64,000 nucleotides of DNA from the NCBI RefSeq assembly GCF_902713615.1, contig NC_052166.1, forward strand, positions 1,984,001-2,048,000, in the 5' to 3' direction. The DNA is from Scyliorhinus canicula (Eukaryota). Shown here in pieces: positions 35,378 to 48,045 of the stretch (the stretch's first letter is position 1; each line of letters starts with the position of its first letter). A program made the translations under genes and the position numbers. Under the pieces are notes generated by a model. That model saw nothing but the letters and a program-made list of their open reading frames with translations, was not told where the DNA came from and did not search any database.

Positions 35378-37273
35378 GTACACAGTCAAGAAGGAGTTGC
35401 CTGTGAGTTTTCAACGTCAACCCTGGACCCCATGAAGCCTCATGTTATCAGGTCAAACATGAAAACCTCCTACATTTGATCCTCAGGGAGGCCGATACAG
35501 TTGTTTTTTTTTCTCTATCCTGGGAGTGAACTGCCCCACTAGTGTTAAAGTTTGCTAGTTCACAGGAGTAAGATGGGGAAGAAGCTGGTGCCGTTGAAGC
35601 AGTTTCACTTGGTTCAATGAGCTTTAGTATCTGTGTGTGGTTGGGAGTTGGGGAGGGGATATTGGTCATTCAATATGTGTATTTGTGTTGGGTGTTAGTA
35701 GGGGGATGGCAGTGCGGGGACGGGGAGGGTTTAGTTTGCTGATGGTGACTGCGATTTTCTTTGTTTCACTCTATGGGTGGGTTTGGCAGCCATTTTGGGT
35801 AGGCCTTGGGCCTTTATTTTTTTGAGTAGGTACTTGACGACTGATTGCAGTGGAAATAACTGACTCAGGGATGGGGGTGAGAGGCTCCAATCGATAATCA
35901 CCTGGAACATAAGGGAGTTGGCCCGGTAAAAAGGTCGAGTCTTTTTGCTCACCTGAAGAATTGAAGTGCTGCTGTGGTGTTTATGCAGGAGAATCATTTG
36001 CGGGTAAAGGATGAGACCAAACTGGGGAAGGAGTGGGTGAGCCAAGTGTTTCATTTGGGCTTTGATGGAAGGGCCCGAGGTGAGGCGATTTTAGTTAATA
36101 AAGTGTGTTTTTTTGGCCACTAAGACCGCGGCGGATCCCAACAGCAGATTTGTTATGGCCAGTGGGTCTTTGGAGGGTATGTTAGTGACATTGATAAATG
36201 TCCAGATGACAAATTGGGACAATGTGGCATTTGTTAGGAGACTGTAGCCATCTATTCCGATCTAGACATGCACCAACTGGTTTTTGGAGGAGACTTTAAC
36301 TGTGTACAGGATCCTAAGCTGGATCAATCCAGGCCAAATTGTTTGCTGCCTTGGGGCTAGTGAAGGCAATTCTGGCCTTTGTGGAGCAGATGGGGCGGTG
36401 GGGGGGAGGGGGGGGGGGGCAGACCTGTGGTATTTTTTGCACACAAGGGATAGTGATTTGTCATTCTTCTGCCATGGGCAAGAGGATTAACTTCTTCCCA
36501 TTGGGTAGGTCCCTTCTACCTTTGGTGCGGAGAGCGGAATACTCGGCAACACAATCTCAGATCATGCTCCACATTTTGTGGACTTGGTCTTGGAGACAGA
36601 TCCCAGTCAGCACTCGCCGTGGAGGTTGGTTGTAGCGCTGTTAGCAGAGGAAGGGTTTTGTGTCCATGAATCTCTATTAGATTCAATAGGAATGACTCTA
36701 ACTCTCCCTCGTGTTTGCTTTGGTGTTTGAGCCTTTGTCTCGTGCTGAAATCTTCAGGTAAATGGAGGGAGATAAGGTGGGGGAGTGGGTGAGGGAACGT
36801 AGAGTGTCGTTATATATTGATGACTCACTTCTGTATATTATGGATCCAGTCTTATGGATGAAATAATGAAGCTACTCGGGAGTTTTGGCCCCTTTTTGGG
36901 GTACAAACTGTAGAAGAGTGAATATTCTCTGGTTAACCCCCCCCCCCCCCCCGCCCCCCAATCCCCCCCCCCCCCCTCCCCCGGGTCCCCAAGAAGAGGA
37001 AACAATCGGGGGGTATTACGTTTTCCTCTTTCCAGAGGTAGCCTTCGTTATCTGGGTATTGGGTGGCACATGACTGGTCATTGCTCCGTAGATTGAAGTC
37101 TGGTGAGCAGGGTGAGGTCTGACTTGCAGAAGTGGAATAAGCTCCTGCTGTCCTTGGCGGGCAGGATCCAGACTATAAAAATGGGTGTCTCCCAGGTTTT
37201 TATTTATTTTTCAGGGTCTCCCTATTTTTCTCCCTAAATCTTTTTTTGTCAAGATTAATAAATTAGGTGCCTC

Positions 37274-38222
37274 TGTCGGAATCTACCGTGCGGTTTAAGT
37301 GTCGTCTTGTATACACTTCAAAACACAGTTGAATTTTAAGTTACACTTCTCGGATGCTAAATAAAAATCTTTTATTGTGCCTATTGATTATAATTGAGAG
37401 ACTGAAATCTTCTTGTGGTTACAAATCAAATGTTCTCAATACGCCCTGCCTGCAGAAGCTGAAAGAGATATAATCGGCTTAATGATTTACAAACAGATTT
37501 AACTTTCAAAATACAGTAATGGTTTTTTGCTCAAAACAAAACAGCTTGCGCAGACTTTAAGAGTTAGAGTGAAATATGAAAATACGAAACAAGGATAGCG
37601 AGTAGTTAGGTAAAAGGTATACAGTGATCCTGGATGGAAAATGGCTGCCAGACCTCTATGTTTAAGGAGAATGTTATCAGTCTGACTCCATCTGTCCCCA
37701 CCCCTGCAATGTGCTGATTGGCTTGGATGGGTCTCAAATGCATTTGGTTGGGTGGTCAGTTGTCATCAATGTGCAACATATATGCGGATATGTTGCATCT
37801 TTGGGTACTTTCAATGTTTTGGAATGTGACCCACTTTTAATCAATTCTAGCTTTTACTGGTTTTACTGCTGACTGCACTATTATCTGTATTCTGAACAAT
37901 GGTGAATTCATGTTGTCATGGTGCTTATTTTGGCCTTGATCAGATTGTGATATAGCTGTATAACTTCTGTAATTGTTCATTCGAACAATGGATAGTTTAC
38001 AATGTAAAATGTTGCATAAGCTTTAGCCAGCCTTTAGATGTTTCAAATTCTGTGCTTTGCCACTGCAAATCCTGAAAGCTGTGTGTTTTTGTAATCTTAG
38101 TTATGCTTGAGGTTTTATGATGAAATCCATTTTAAAATGGATTTTAAACTGGGCTTTAGTATTTAATTAAAATGGCTAAATTAATGACCCTTTTACCTGT
38201 CAGAAATAGCTGGTTCCCTTCA
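37274..38222. mobile_element. Solo LTR (949 bp)
   Basis: TG...CA termini with 5-bp TSD GCCTC (37269-37273 / 38223-38227); the L1 frame resumes after it. Confidence 0.75.
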
Positions 38223-39310
38223 GCCTCCTTCATTTGGGCGTGGATGAACCCAAGAATAGATTTCCTTCAGAGGAAGGGCTTTCCTTCAGAGGGATCAGCA
38301 GTCTGGGGTGATGGGGGCGGAGGGGGAGGGGGGGCGGCAGGGTCTAGCATTACCCAACTTCCTCTTTTACTATTGGACGGCCAACATTGAAAAGGTGCTG
38401 GAGTGGACTGGGGAGCTGAGCTCCATATGGAGACAGATGGAGGCAAGTTCTTGTAGGGCTCGAGATTAAGGACTCTGGCAATGGTCTGGCTCTCCTCTCT
38501 GGTGAAGTATTCTTCGAACTCGGTGGTGGTGTCCACTCTAACAATATGGAGGCAATTTAGGCAGCATTATAAATTGGCTCCATGCCATTGCTGGCCCCTT
38601 TCTGTGGCAAGCACCGATTTGCACTGTCGAGTCTGAACGCGACCTTCGGGTCATAGGTGAGAAAGAGCCTTGAGAGTTTTGGGGATCTGTTTGTGGAGAG
38701 ATGGTTTGTTAGTTTGGAGGAGCTATTGACTAAGTTGCAACTTTCAGGGCCAGACTTGTTCCGTTACCTCCAAACACATGATTTTGTCTGGAAGACTTTT
38801 TCGACATTTCCTTTGGCTCTGCGGCCCACCTTGTTGAATTGGATCCTATCACTGGAAGGGTCTGGTGGGCGGAACATTTCCGGTATTTCTGGGCAAATCC
38901 TGTCATTGGAGGTAGCCCCGCTGGATGAGGTGCGAGTTAAGTGGGAGGAACTGGGATCTATTTTGGATGGGGATGATGGCGCGGTGTGAGGGCCTTCGCA
39001 GGGTAAACTCCACCTCCTCCTGTGCACGACTCAGCCTCATTCAGCTCATGGTAGTACATAGAGCTCACCTAACTAAAGGTGGGATGAGCAGTTTCTTTTG
39101 GGAGTGGAGGACAGGTGTGAGCGATGTTCTTTGGGTCCAGTTAATCATGCCCATATGTTTTGGTCGTGTCCCAAGATGGCAACTTTTGGGTTTCCTTCTT
39201 CAAAACCAAGTCAGCGATTCTTTACATTGATCTGGAGCCGTCTTTTTGTGACTATTTTCGGGGCATTGGGTTTGCTGGGGTTGCAGACGGGGGTGAAGGT
39301 GGAAATCCTG

Positions 39311-39483
39311 GGCTGGTTTAGCAGACCAAGGCAGGCCAGCAGCACGGTTCAATTCCCGTTCCAGCCTCCCCGAACAGGGGCCAGAATGTGGCAACTAGGG
39401 GCTTTTCACAGTAATTTCATTTGAAGCCTACTTGTGACAATAAGCAATTTTCATTTCATTTCATTTTTCATTTCATTTCATTT
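39311..39483 (+). mobile_element. Second SINE family with (ATTTC)n tail
   Basis: GGGCTGGTTTAGC...GGTTCAATTCCCG...GCCTACTTGTGACAATAAG; further copies at 41341-41508 (+) and 48838-48990 (-). Confidence 0.7.
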
Positions 39484-40184
39484 TCAAATCCTCACATTTG
39501 CCTCACTGATAGCCCAGAGGCGACAGTGCCTCAGTCTGATTTGGTGACCTCATGGAATTTTTACACCTGGAGAAGGTCAAGTACACGCTCAGGGGTCGGT
39601 TGAGGGGTTCTACCTGAGCTGGCAGCCATTAGTTTCCTACTTCAAAGAATTCACCATCAGCTGTTGGTGGTGGTGGGTTTCTATTGTTGGGGAAAGGATG
39701 TTTCTTTGTGGATGGGATTTATATATTTGGTTGTGTTTTTTTAATGTTGCACTATGTAACATCCATTTTCCGTGTTGATACTCTCTTGAATTGTTATCCA
39801 TGGAAATGTTTCAATAAAAATATTTTTTTAAAACATGAAAACCTCCTCCTAACGCACACATCTCCCTCCTCCCATCCCTCCCTCAGCTGATGAATTGACA
39901 TTCCTCCATTTTGAACATTACTTGGAGGAGACACTGGGGATGGCAATGGCTTAGAATGTCGGGGGACTTCAATGTCCATCGCCAGGGGAGGCTCGGCAGC
40001 TCCACTAAAGACTGAGCTACCTGAATCCAAAAGGAAATAGCTGCCAGACTGTGAGGGAGCCAAGTGGGAAAGACATCCTTGACCTCATCCTCAAACACCT
40101 GCGTGTCACAGATGGATCTGCCCATGACAGGATTGGTAGGAATGGCCACTGTACATTCCTTGTGGAGATGATGTTCCGCCGTCA

Positions 40185-40495
40185 CATAATAATAATAATC
40201 TTTATTATTGTCACAAGTCGGCTTACATTAACACTGCAATAAAGTGACAGTGAAAATCCACTCATCGCCACACTCCGGCTCTTTTCGGGTGTATTGAGGG
40301 AGAATTCAGAATGTCCAAAATTACCTAAAGGCAAGTCTTTCGGGACTTGTGGAAGGAAACCGGAGCACCTCGTGGAAACCCACAGATACATGGAGAACAT
40401 GCAGACTCCCCACATACAGTGACCCAAGCCGGGAATCGAACCTGGGATCCTGTTGCTGTAAAACAACAGTGCTATCCAATTCTACCATGCCACCT
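40185..40495 (-). mobile_element. tRNA-derived SINE
   Basis: A/B boxes on the minus strand, V-SINE-like core, (ATT)n tail. Confidence 0.65.
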
Positions 40496-41509
40496 ATGCA
40501 CACATTGAGGTTAAACTACATTGTTTTGAGGCATTTTCATTGTGTAAAATGAGATAGGTTTCAAACAAATCTAGTCTGGGCTAGGCAAGACTGGACAACC
40601 ATGAGACACTGTGGGCATTAACAGCAGCGGAATTATAGTCAACCACAATCTGTAACCTCATGGTGCAGCATATCCCCCACTCGACTACAGTGTCAGCAAC
40701 GTGCATCATCTCCTGCACTGCAGGAACTCACCAAGGCTCCTCAGACAGAATCTTTCAAACCACAAGCTCTACCACCTAGGATAAGGGCAGCAGACACTCT
40801 GCCTGCTGGAGGTTCCCCTCCAATCCAAACTACCATTCTGACTTGGGACTACATCAGACGTTCTTTCATTGTCGCTGGGTCAAATTCCTGGATCTCTCTT
40901 CGAAAGTCACTGTGGGTGTCCCTACACCACACGGGCCTGAGCAGTTCAAGAAGGCGGCTCAGCACCACCATTCCAATGGGCAATTAATGAGGTGAGAAAT
41001 GCCAGGCCTTGCCAGCAACACCCACATCCCATGACAATTTCATGGTCACTGTTACATATTCTATCATTGACTGTCATAAAAGCCCATCAGGTTCACATGT
41101 TATTTAGGCAAGGAAATCTGTGGTCCATACCCAGTCATGCCTACATGTGACTCTAGACCCACACACAGCCACGCGATCAACTTGTAACTGCCCCCCTAAA
41201 ATGGCCTAAGTCACTCAGTTCCAAGGGGCAATTAGGGATGGGCAACCAATGTTGGGCGAGCCAGTGAAACCCACATCCCAGGAATACAATGCCAGTGAAA
41301 CACAGTCCGTTAGCCGCAGATGCAACTAGGCAGCACGGTAGCAAGGGGCTGGTTTAGCTCACTGGGCTAAATCGCTGGCTTTTAAAGCAGACCAGCAGCA
41401 CGGTTCGATTCCTGTACCAGCCTCCACGGGACAGGCGCCGGAATGTGGCGACTAGGGGCTTTTCACAGTAACTTCATTGAAGCCTACTCGTGACATTTCA
41501 GTTTCATTT

Positions 41510-41815
41510 AATTGTGGTTAGCACAATTGCTTCACAGCCAGCTTGGGCCACCGTCTGGGCAGAGTCTGCACATTCTCCCTGTGTCTGTGTGGGTTTCCTC
41601 CAGGTGCTTTGGCTTCCTCCCACCAAAGATGTGCGGGTTAGGTGGATTGGCCATGATAAATTGCCCATAGTGTCCAAAATTGCTCTTGGTGTTGGGTGGG
41701 TTACTGGGTTATGGTGGATAGGGTGGAGGTGTGGACCTTGGGTAGGGTGCTCTTTCCAAGAGTCGGTGCAGACTCGATGGGCTGAATGGCCTCCTTCTGC
41801 ACTGTAAATTATATG
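41510..41815 (+). mobile_element. HE1/V-SINE-like tRNA SINE
   Basis: Same family core and CR1-like tail. Confidence 0.7.
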
Positions 41816-42159
41816 AAATAGTGTCTTATCCGCTCCATGGCGTAACCTCCCCCTTACCCACCCCCCAATGCACCTTCACCAGTGAAGGCGATCACCAATG
41901 GCATACGCACACTGACCATCTTCCTCCCCTGCCTGCCTCCTTCCTCCTCCTCACCCAGCCTACAGCTAAAAATAAATCTCATTGCCTCTGAAACCTGAAT
42001 GCCTTCTCCCCCTGCCCAGCTGCTGCCTGAGCTGCTGAGTGCTCCCAGTCTGGAACTATCCTGAATTGAGTGAAAGCAGCACCCTCCACCTGGACCAGGC
42101 GGCCATTTCGTTTCCATGCCCCTCAGCCCCCCGCCCCTTTCACTGTTGCTCAATTAGCG

Positions 42160-42505
42160 GCTCCCCGCCCCGCAGGGAGGACCCCGGTCTGACGGGCGCC
42201 TCAGGCTTGCCTGTGAATTTTTTTTAAAAAATATCTTCAAATTATTGTTTTTTTTTTGAAAGATAACGTCTGAAAGCTCCAGCCTTTTTATTTTCTGAGG
42301 GTTTGTTTTGTTGTGTGCGGGGATGGGGAGTGGGTGCAGTACCGCCTGTGACCAGCGGGGGAGGTCGGGGGCGCTATCGAGCACCGCGCGGCGGTTGGCT
42401 CCACCGCACCCCCCCCCCCCCCCCACCCCCGGCGCGCGCTCAGTTCAAACGGCCGCCGGCGCGCGGGGCGACCGTTAGACTCCTTCAATCAAGATGGCGG
42501 CGGGA
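42160..42505. promoter_or_regulatory. CpG-rich promoter-like segment with YY1-type CAAGATGGCGGC motif
   Basis: High CpG density (GGCGCGCG, CGCGCGGGGCG) against a CpG-poor background; motif at 42490-42501. Confidence 0.3.
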
Positions 42506-42509
42506 AGGG

Positions 42510-43137
42510 GATGTGTATTGGGTGGGGATGGAGGACACTGGATTGGAGATGGTGGGCACTGGGCGGGGGTGAAGGGCACTGGATAGGAGATGGTCACTGG
42601 GTGGGGTTGATGGCATTGGGTCGGGATAGTGGGCACTGGGTGGGGATGGCAGAGACTGGATTGGGGATAATGGACACTGGATTGGGGATGGTGGACACTG
42701 GGTGGGGGATGGTGGACACTGGTTGGGGGATGGTGGACACTGGGTGGGGGATGGTGGACACTGGGTGGGGGATGGTGGACACTGGTTGGGGGATGGTGGA
42801 CACTGGATTGGAGATAGTGGGCAATGGGTGGAGGATGGTGGGCACTGGGTGGGGGATGGTGGACATGGTGGGGGAGAGTGGGCACTGGGTGGGGGAGAGT
42901 GGGCACTGGATTGGGGATGGTGGACACTGGGTGGGGATGATGGACACTTGATGGGGGATGGCAGTGACTGGATTGGGGATAATGGACACTGGATGGGGAT
43001 GATGGACACGGGGATGATGGACATTGGGTGGGGAGGATGGACACGGGGAGGATGGACATTGGGTGGGGAGGATGGACACGGGGAGGATGGACATTGGGTG
43101 GGGAGGATGGACACGTGGAGGATGGACACTGGATGGG
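42510..43137. repeat. G-rich 21-bp minisatellite
   Basis: Unit GGACACTGGGTGGGGGATGGT (WGMVDTG in translation), becoming degenerate toward both ends. Confidence 0.9.
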
Positions 43138-43149
43138 GTTTAATTCCTA

Positions 43150-43790
43150 CAATGCAGAAGGGTCTTCCCTAAACGATGGCGCCTGAGAAGTGTGAGGTTT
43201 TTGGTGGAAAGAAAGAGGTGAATATAAAATAAATGATACTGAAGGTGACAGGACAGGTTGAAGAGGCTGTTTACAGAAGGGGGAATTATCAATAGAGAAG
43301 CAGAATACAAAAGTGAAGATGTTTTGCTAAAACTATTTAACTCATCGGCAGTGCCCCAGTTGGACTATTCTGTCCAATTCTGGGCCCTGCACTTTAAGAA
43401 TGATGACTTTGGAGAAGATTTTTCAGTTCCAGGGATGAGGGGACCTCAGTTAATCTGGAGAAGCTGGGATTATTCTCCTTGGAACAGACAAGGTTAAGGG
43501 GGAGATTTAATTGAGGCGTTCACAATGACAAGGGGGTTTCGATAGAGTAAATGGGGAGAATGAGTTTCCAGTGGCAAAAGGGTCAGTAACCAGAGCAGAC
43601 ATAGATTGGAGAGATTGGTTAATGAAGCAGAAGAGGAATGAGAAGAATTTTTTTAACCGTGAGTTGTTGTGATCTGGAAGGCACTGCCTGAAAGGACAGT
43701 GGAAGCAGATTCAATAGGAACGCTCAAAAGGGGGAGTTGGATAAATACTTGAAGGGGAAACAAATTGTAGGATAGTGGGGAAAGAGGAGG
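43150..43790 (+). mobile_element. CR1 LINE 3' fragment
   Basis: EYKSEDVLLKLF..PQLDYSVQFWA followed by a CR1-like tail. Confidence 0.65.
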
Positions 43791-44189
43791 GGAATGTGCA
43801 GTTCCCGTCTACAACACTCTCATTTAAGTTGATGTCTTCCTATTCAATGTTGCTGATGTCCACGTTTACAATGGGAACTGCCATGCAAACATGTCACGCT
43901 GCAATAATACCTCCCTGCCAGTGGCAGTGCTAGAGAGCCTCATGTCAGACTCCAAGAGAAACTCCAGTGCTCCAACCTGCCCTGCATCTGCACTTCACAA
44001 TAACTGTAAGTTTTGCAATTTAGCCGTTCAACTAATATTGTGAATAATTTTTATGTTTAGCTGTTTCTAGTAATGGCGGAATGAATGAGTTCAGCAAAGG
44101 AATTGAATTACCTCTGTGAGTCCACGACTTTCAGAAATGTCCCACCACCACCATCAGCAACAACTTGCATTTAGGTAGCACGTTAAAGG

Positions 44190-44620
44190 AAACTTCTCAA
44201 ATTGGAGACTCCAGGATGGTATGTTGCCTCACTGGTGCCAGGGTCCAGGATTCTCTGAAGGGGGCATTCTGGAGGTGGAGAGTAAACAGCCAGAGGTCAG
44301 GGTACATATTGGTACTAACGACATAGGCAGGAAGAGTGATGAGGTCCTGCAGCAGGAGTTCATTGAATTGGGTAGAAAGTTAAAAAACAGAACTCCAGGT
44401 TTGTGCCATGTGCCAGTGAGGCTAGAAACAGGAAGATAGTACAGCTAAACACATGACTAAACAGCTGGTGTAGGAAGGAGGGTTTCAGATGTCTGGACCA
44501 TTGGGATCTGTTCCGGGTCAGGTGGGACCTGTACAAGAAGGACGGGTTGCATCTAAACTGGAGGGGCGTAAATATCCTGGGCGCGAGGTTTGTTAGTGTC
44601 ACACTTTAACCTAGTGTCGC
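44190..44620 (+). mobile_element. CR1 ORF1 esterase fragment
   Basis: VHIGTNDIGRKSDEVLQQEF, HWDLFRVRWDLYKKDGLHLN. Confidence 0.75.
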
Positions 44621-44924
44621 AGGGGAATGGGAACCGGAGCAATAGGCCAGCCGGTCCTTCTGGTCGTCCACAGACTCCTCCATTTTGTGCAGCGACACTC
44701 CCTGGGATTCAAGCTCTTGCTCCATCCTTTCTACAGCCGCCCGGATCGGATCCGTTACCGTGGCCAGGCCTTCTGAACTTTCACTCCTCTTTTCAAAACT
44801 GGATTGTTAAGTAGTTGACCAGTTAGTCGGTTGACCACTGCACAGGAGGTGCCGCCTCGGAGCCCGCAGCCATAGTGCCTTCACCCACACTTGCAAAGGT
44901 TTCTATAGAGATCAAGTTTCTATA

Positions 44925-45630
44925 TTCTACAGAACATACAGTGCAGAAGGAGGTCATTCTGCCCATTGAGTCAGCGTCGACCCACTTAAGCCCTCACTTC
45001 CACCCTATTCCCATAGCCCAATAACCCCTCTTAACAATTTGGAGACGAAGGGCAATTTAGCATGGCCAATCCATCTAACCTACACGTCTTTGGACTGTGG
45101 GAGAAAACCGGAGCACCCGGAGGAAACCCACGCAGACACGGGGAGAACGTGCAGACTGCACAGACAGTGACCCAGCGGGAAATTGAACCTGGGACCCTGG
45201 CGCTGTGATAGTGCTAGCCACTTGTGCTACGATGCTGCCCAATCCTGTCTTGTTTGGCTGCCTAATCAGGTTTCCTGATCAACCTGCATTACTTTATTTC
45301 TGCGCTCCCCTCAGTCGGGTGAGTAACGGACATAATAATCTTTGTTACTGTCACTAGTAGACTTACATTTACACTGCAATGAAGTTACTGTAAAAAGCTC
45401 CTAGTCGCCACAGTCCGGTGCCTGTTCGGGTACACAGAGGGAGAATTCAATATGTTCAATTCGCCTAACACATCTTTCGGGACTTGTAGGAAGAAACCGG
45501 AGCACCCAGAAGAAACCCACACAGACACGGGGAGAATGTGCAGATTTCACACAGACAGTGACCCAAGCCGGGAATTGAACCTGGGACCCTGGCGCTGCGA
45601 GGCATCAGTGCTAACCACTATACTACCATA
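44925..45630 (-). mobile_element. Two tandem tRNA SINE copies (about 44925-45240 and 45335-45630)
   Basis: Both carry the family core and minus-strand A/B boxes. Confidence 0.7.
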
Positions 45631-46267
45631 CCTTGATGAGAAGAATCTTTCACCCCTCACTTTTTGTTCCTCAATCCTGCCTCATTCGGCAGCCTAATCA
45701 GGTTTATCAGGTAGAATTCCGCTGTCTCACGCAGGAGTCACCAAGTACGCAACCGTCTACGGCATTGTCGCCAATGGAAGTTACGACCAGACAATGTCGA
45801 TTATGACAAATGACTCACTTTGTCCTGAACAATTGGACTAGAGGCCGCAGCCTGTTCTGGGGGTGTTGTAAATTCAAAGCCAATCTGTGGTAATAATGAT
45901 GGCTTGAATACTCTGGTCATTGCTATTCACTTTTCCCACTGGCAGCACAGCCCCACCATCACGGCGCCGTGGGGTGGTTTCAATGGGAAATCCCATTGAC
46001 AAGCGGGAGAATAGAATTCCGCTGCCAGCGAATAGCATGTGGCCGAGAAACATGCGGCAGGAGATACCGGAGAATCCCACCCGATATTTCAATGGATGAA
46101 TAAATATTGACCCAGAATAGTGGAGGAACTCCCACACCCAGCTCTTCCTCAAAATGCGAATTTCAAAATCCAGCTGAGAGAGCAGACAAGACTCTGGATT
46201 AACTGCTTTGTTCACAATACAGCACACCCTCAGTATTGACCCTCCGATGGTGCAGCATTGCCCCAGC

Positions 46268-47582
46268 ACTAACCCTGCGCGGACCAGCTGGCAGATGTGT
46301 TCGCGGACATCTCTAACCTATCCCTACGCCACTTCAGGTCCACACCTGCTTCAAGAAGACCACCATCATACCGGTGCCAAAGAAGAACCAAGCATTGTGC
46401 CTCAATGACTGCTGGCCCTGACATCAATCGTAATGAAGTGCTTCGAGAGGTTGGTCATAAAGCGCATCGACTCCATACTCCCAGAATGCCTAGATCTAGT
46501 GCAATTTGCATACCTCCGCAACCGGTCCACAGCACACGCCATCTCCCTGGCCCTTCACTCAACCCTCGAGCATCTTGACAACAAGGACTCGTACATCAGA
46601 CTCCTATTTATTTACTACAGCTCCGCCTTAAACACCATAATGCAGCCAAGCTCATATCAATGCTACAAAACCTAGAACTTGTCTCCTCACTCTGCAACTG
46701 GACCCTCGACTTTCTGACCCACAGACCACAATCAGTAAGAATAAACAACAACACCTTCTTCATGATAGTGCTCAATACGGGGCCCCTAAAGGCTGTGTAC
46801 TTAGCCCCCTCCTATACTCCCTGTATACACACGACAGCATGGCAAAATTTGGTTCCAACTCCATCTACAAGTTTGCTGACGACATGATCATAGAGGATCG
46901 GATCGCGAATAATGACAAGTCAGAATACAGGAGGGAGACAGAGAACCTAGTGGAGTGGTGCAGCGACGACAATCTATCCCTCAATGCCAGCAAAGCTAAA
47001 GAGCTGGTCATTGACTTCAGGAAGCAAAGTACTGTGCAAACCCCTGTCTGCATCAACAGGGCCTAAGTGCAGATGGTGAACAGCTTCAAATTTTCTAGGG
47101 GTGCACATGGCCAAAAATTTGTCCAGGTCCACCCCATGTCAACGCTACCACCAACAAAGCACAACAGTGCCTATACTTCCTCTGGAAACGAAGGAAATTC
47201 GGCAATTCCATACTGATTCTTACCAACTTTTACTGACCCCCTCCCACCCGGCTTACTCACTCTTCCAACTTCTTCCATCGGGCAGGAGATACAAAAGTCT
47301 GAGAACACGCACGAACAGATTCAAAAACAGCTTCTTCTCCACCGTCACCAGACTCCAAAGTGACACTCTTATGGACTGACCTCATTAACACTACACCCCT
47401 GTATGCTTCATCCGATGCCAGTGTCTATGTATTTACATTGTGTACCTTGTATTGCCCTATTATGTACTTTCTTTTTATTTTATTTTATTTTCATGTATTA
47501 AATGATCTGTTTGAGCTGCTCGCAGGAAAATACTTTACACTGTACCTCGGTACATGTGACAATAAACAATCCAATCCTATCC
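46268..47582 (+). mobile_element. Decayed Rex1/Babar LINE (RT)
   Basis: [34 protein letters not shown]; 3' end nearly identical to 14171-14999, (CAATC)n tail. Confidence 0.85.
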
Positions 47583-47844
47583 AAACCCTCCGATGGTGAC
47601 GTCAGGACGGCGATGACGCAGAGCCCAGTGAGGTAAGAGCAGTGGATGACGACACCCAGCCCCAGTCACGAGAACGGTGTGCGAGTGGGGGAGCGACAGG
47701 GCCGGTGCTGGAACGTTTGGCGAGAAGTTCGTCTGCTCGGTGCCGTTGCGTCTTACGCCAGGAAGATGGCGATTATCGGATTGCCATTCCATGGAGACGG
47801 CCGAGTCCATCTGCACCAGAGACTTTGAGTGACACAGTAGGTGC

Positions 47845-48045
47845 CTGGAACTTGCTGCCGGAGGTGGTGTTGGAAGCAGGGACGATAGTGACATTCAAGG
47901 GGCATCTTGACAAATACATGAATAGGATGGGAATAGAGGGATACGGACCCAGGAAGTGTAGAAGATTTTAGTTTAGACGGGCAGCATGGTCGGCACAGGC
48001 TTGGAGGGCCGAAGGGCCTGTGCCTGTGCTGTACTTTTCTTTGTT
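47845..48045 (+). mobile_element. CR1 3' tail
   Basis: WNLLPEVVLEAGTIVTFKGHLDKYM followed by the GGGCCGAAGGGCCTGT tail. Confidence 0.7.

Larger units (their letters stand above)
35620..39835 (+). mobile_element. Heavily decayed L1-like LINE, interrupted by a solo LTR and a SINE
   Basis: Endonuclease start ITWNI..GPVKR at about 35895, RT remnants, C-terminal CERCS..NHAHMFWSCPK; AATAAA near 39813. Confidence 0.7.

Noticed and set aside
42475-43172. His/Pro-rich or Gly/Trp-rich ORFs
   Set aside because: Translation of a 21-bp G-rich tandem repeat in several frames on both strands.
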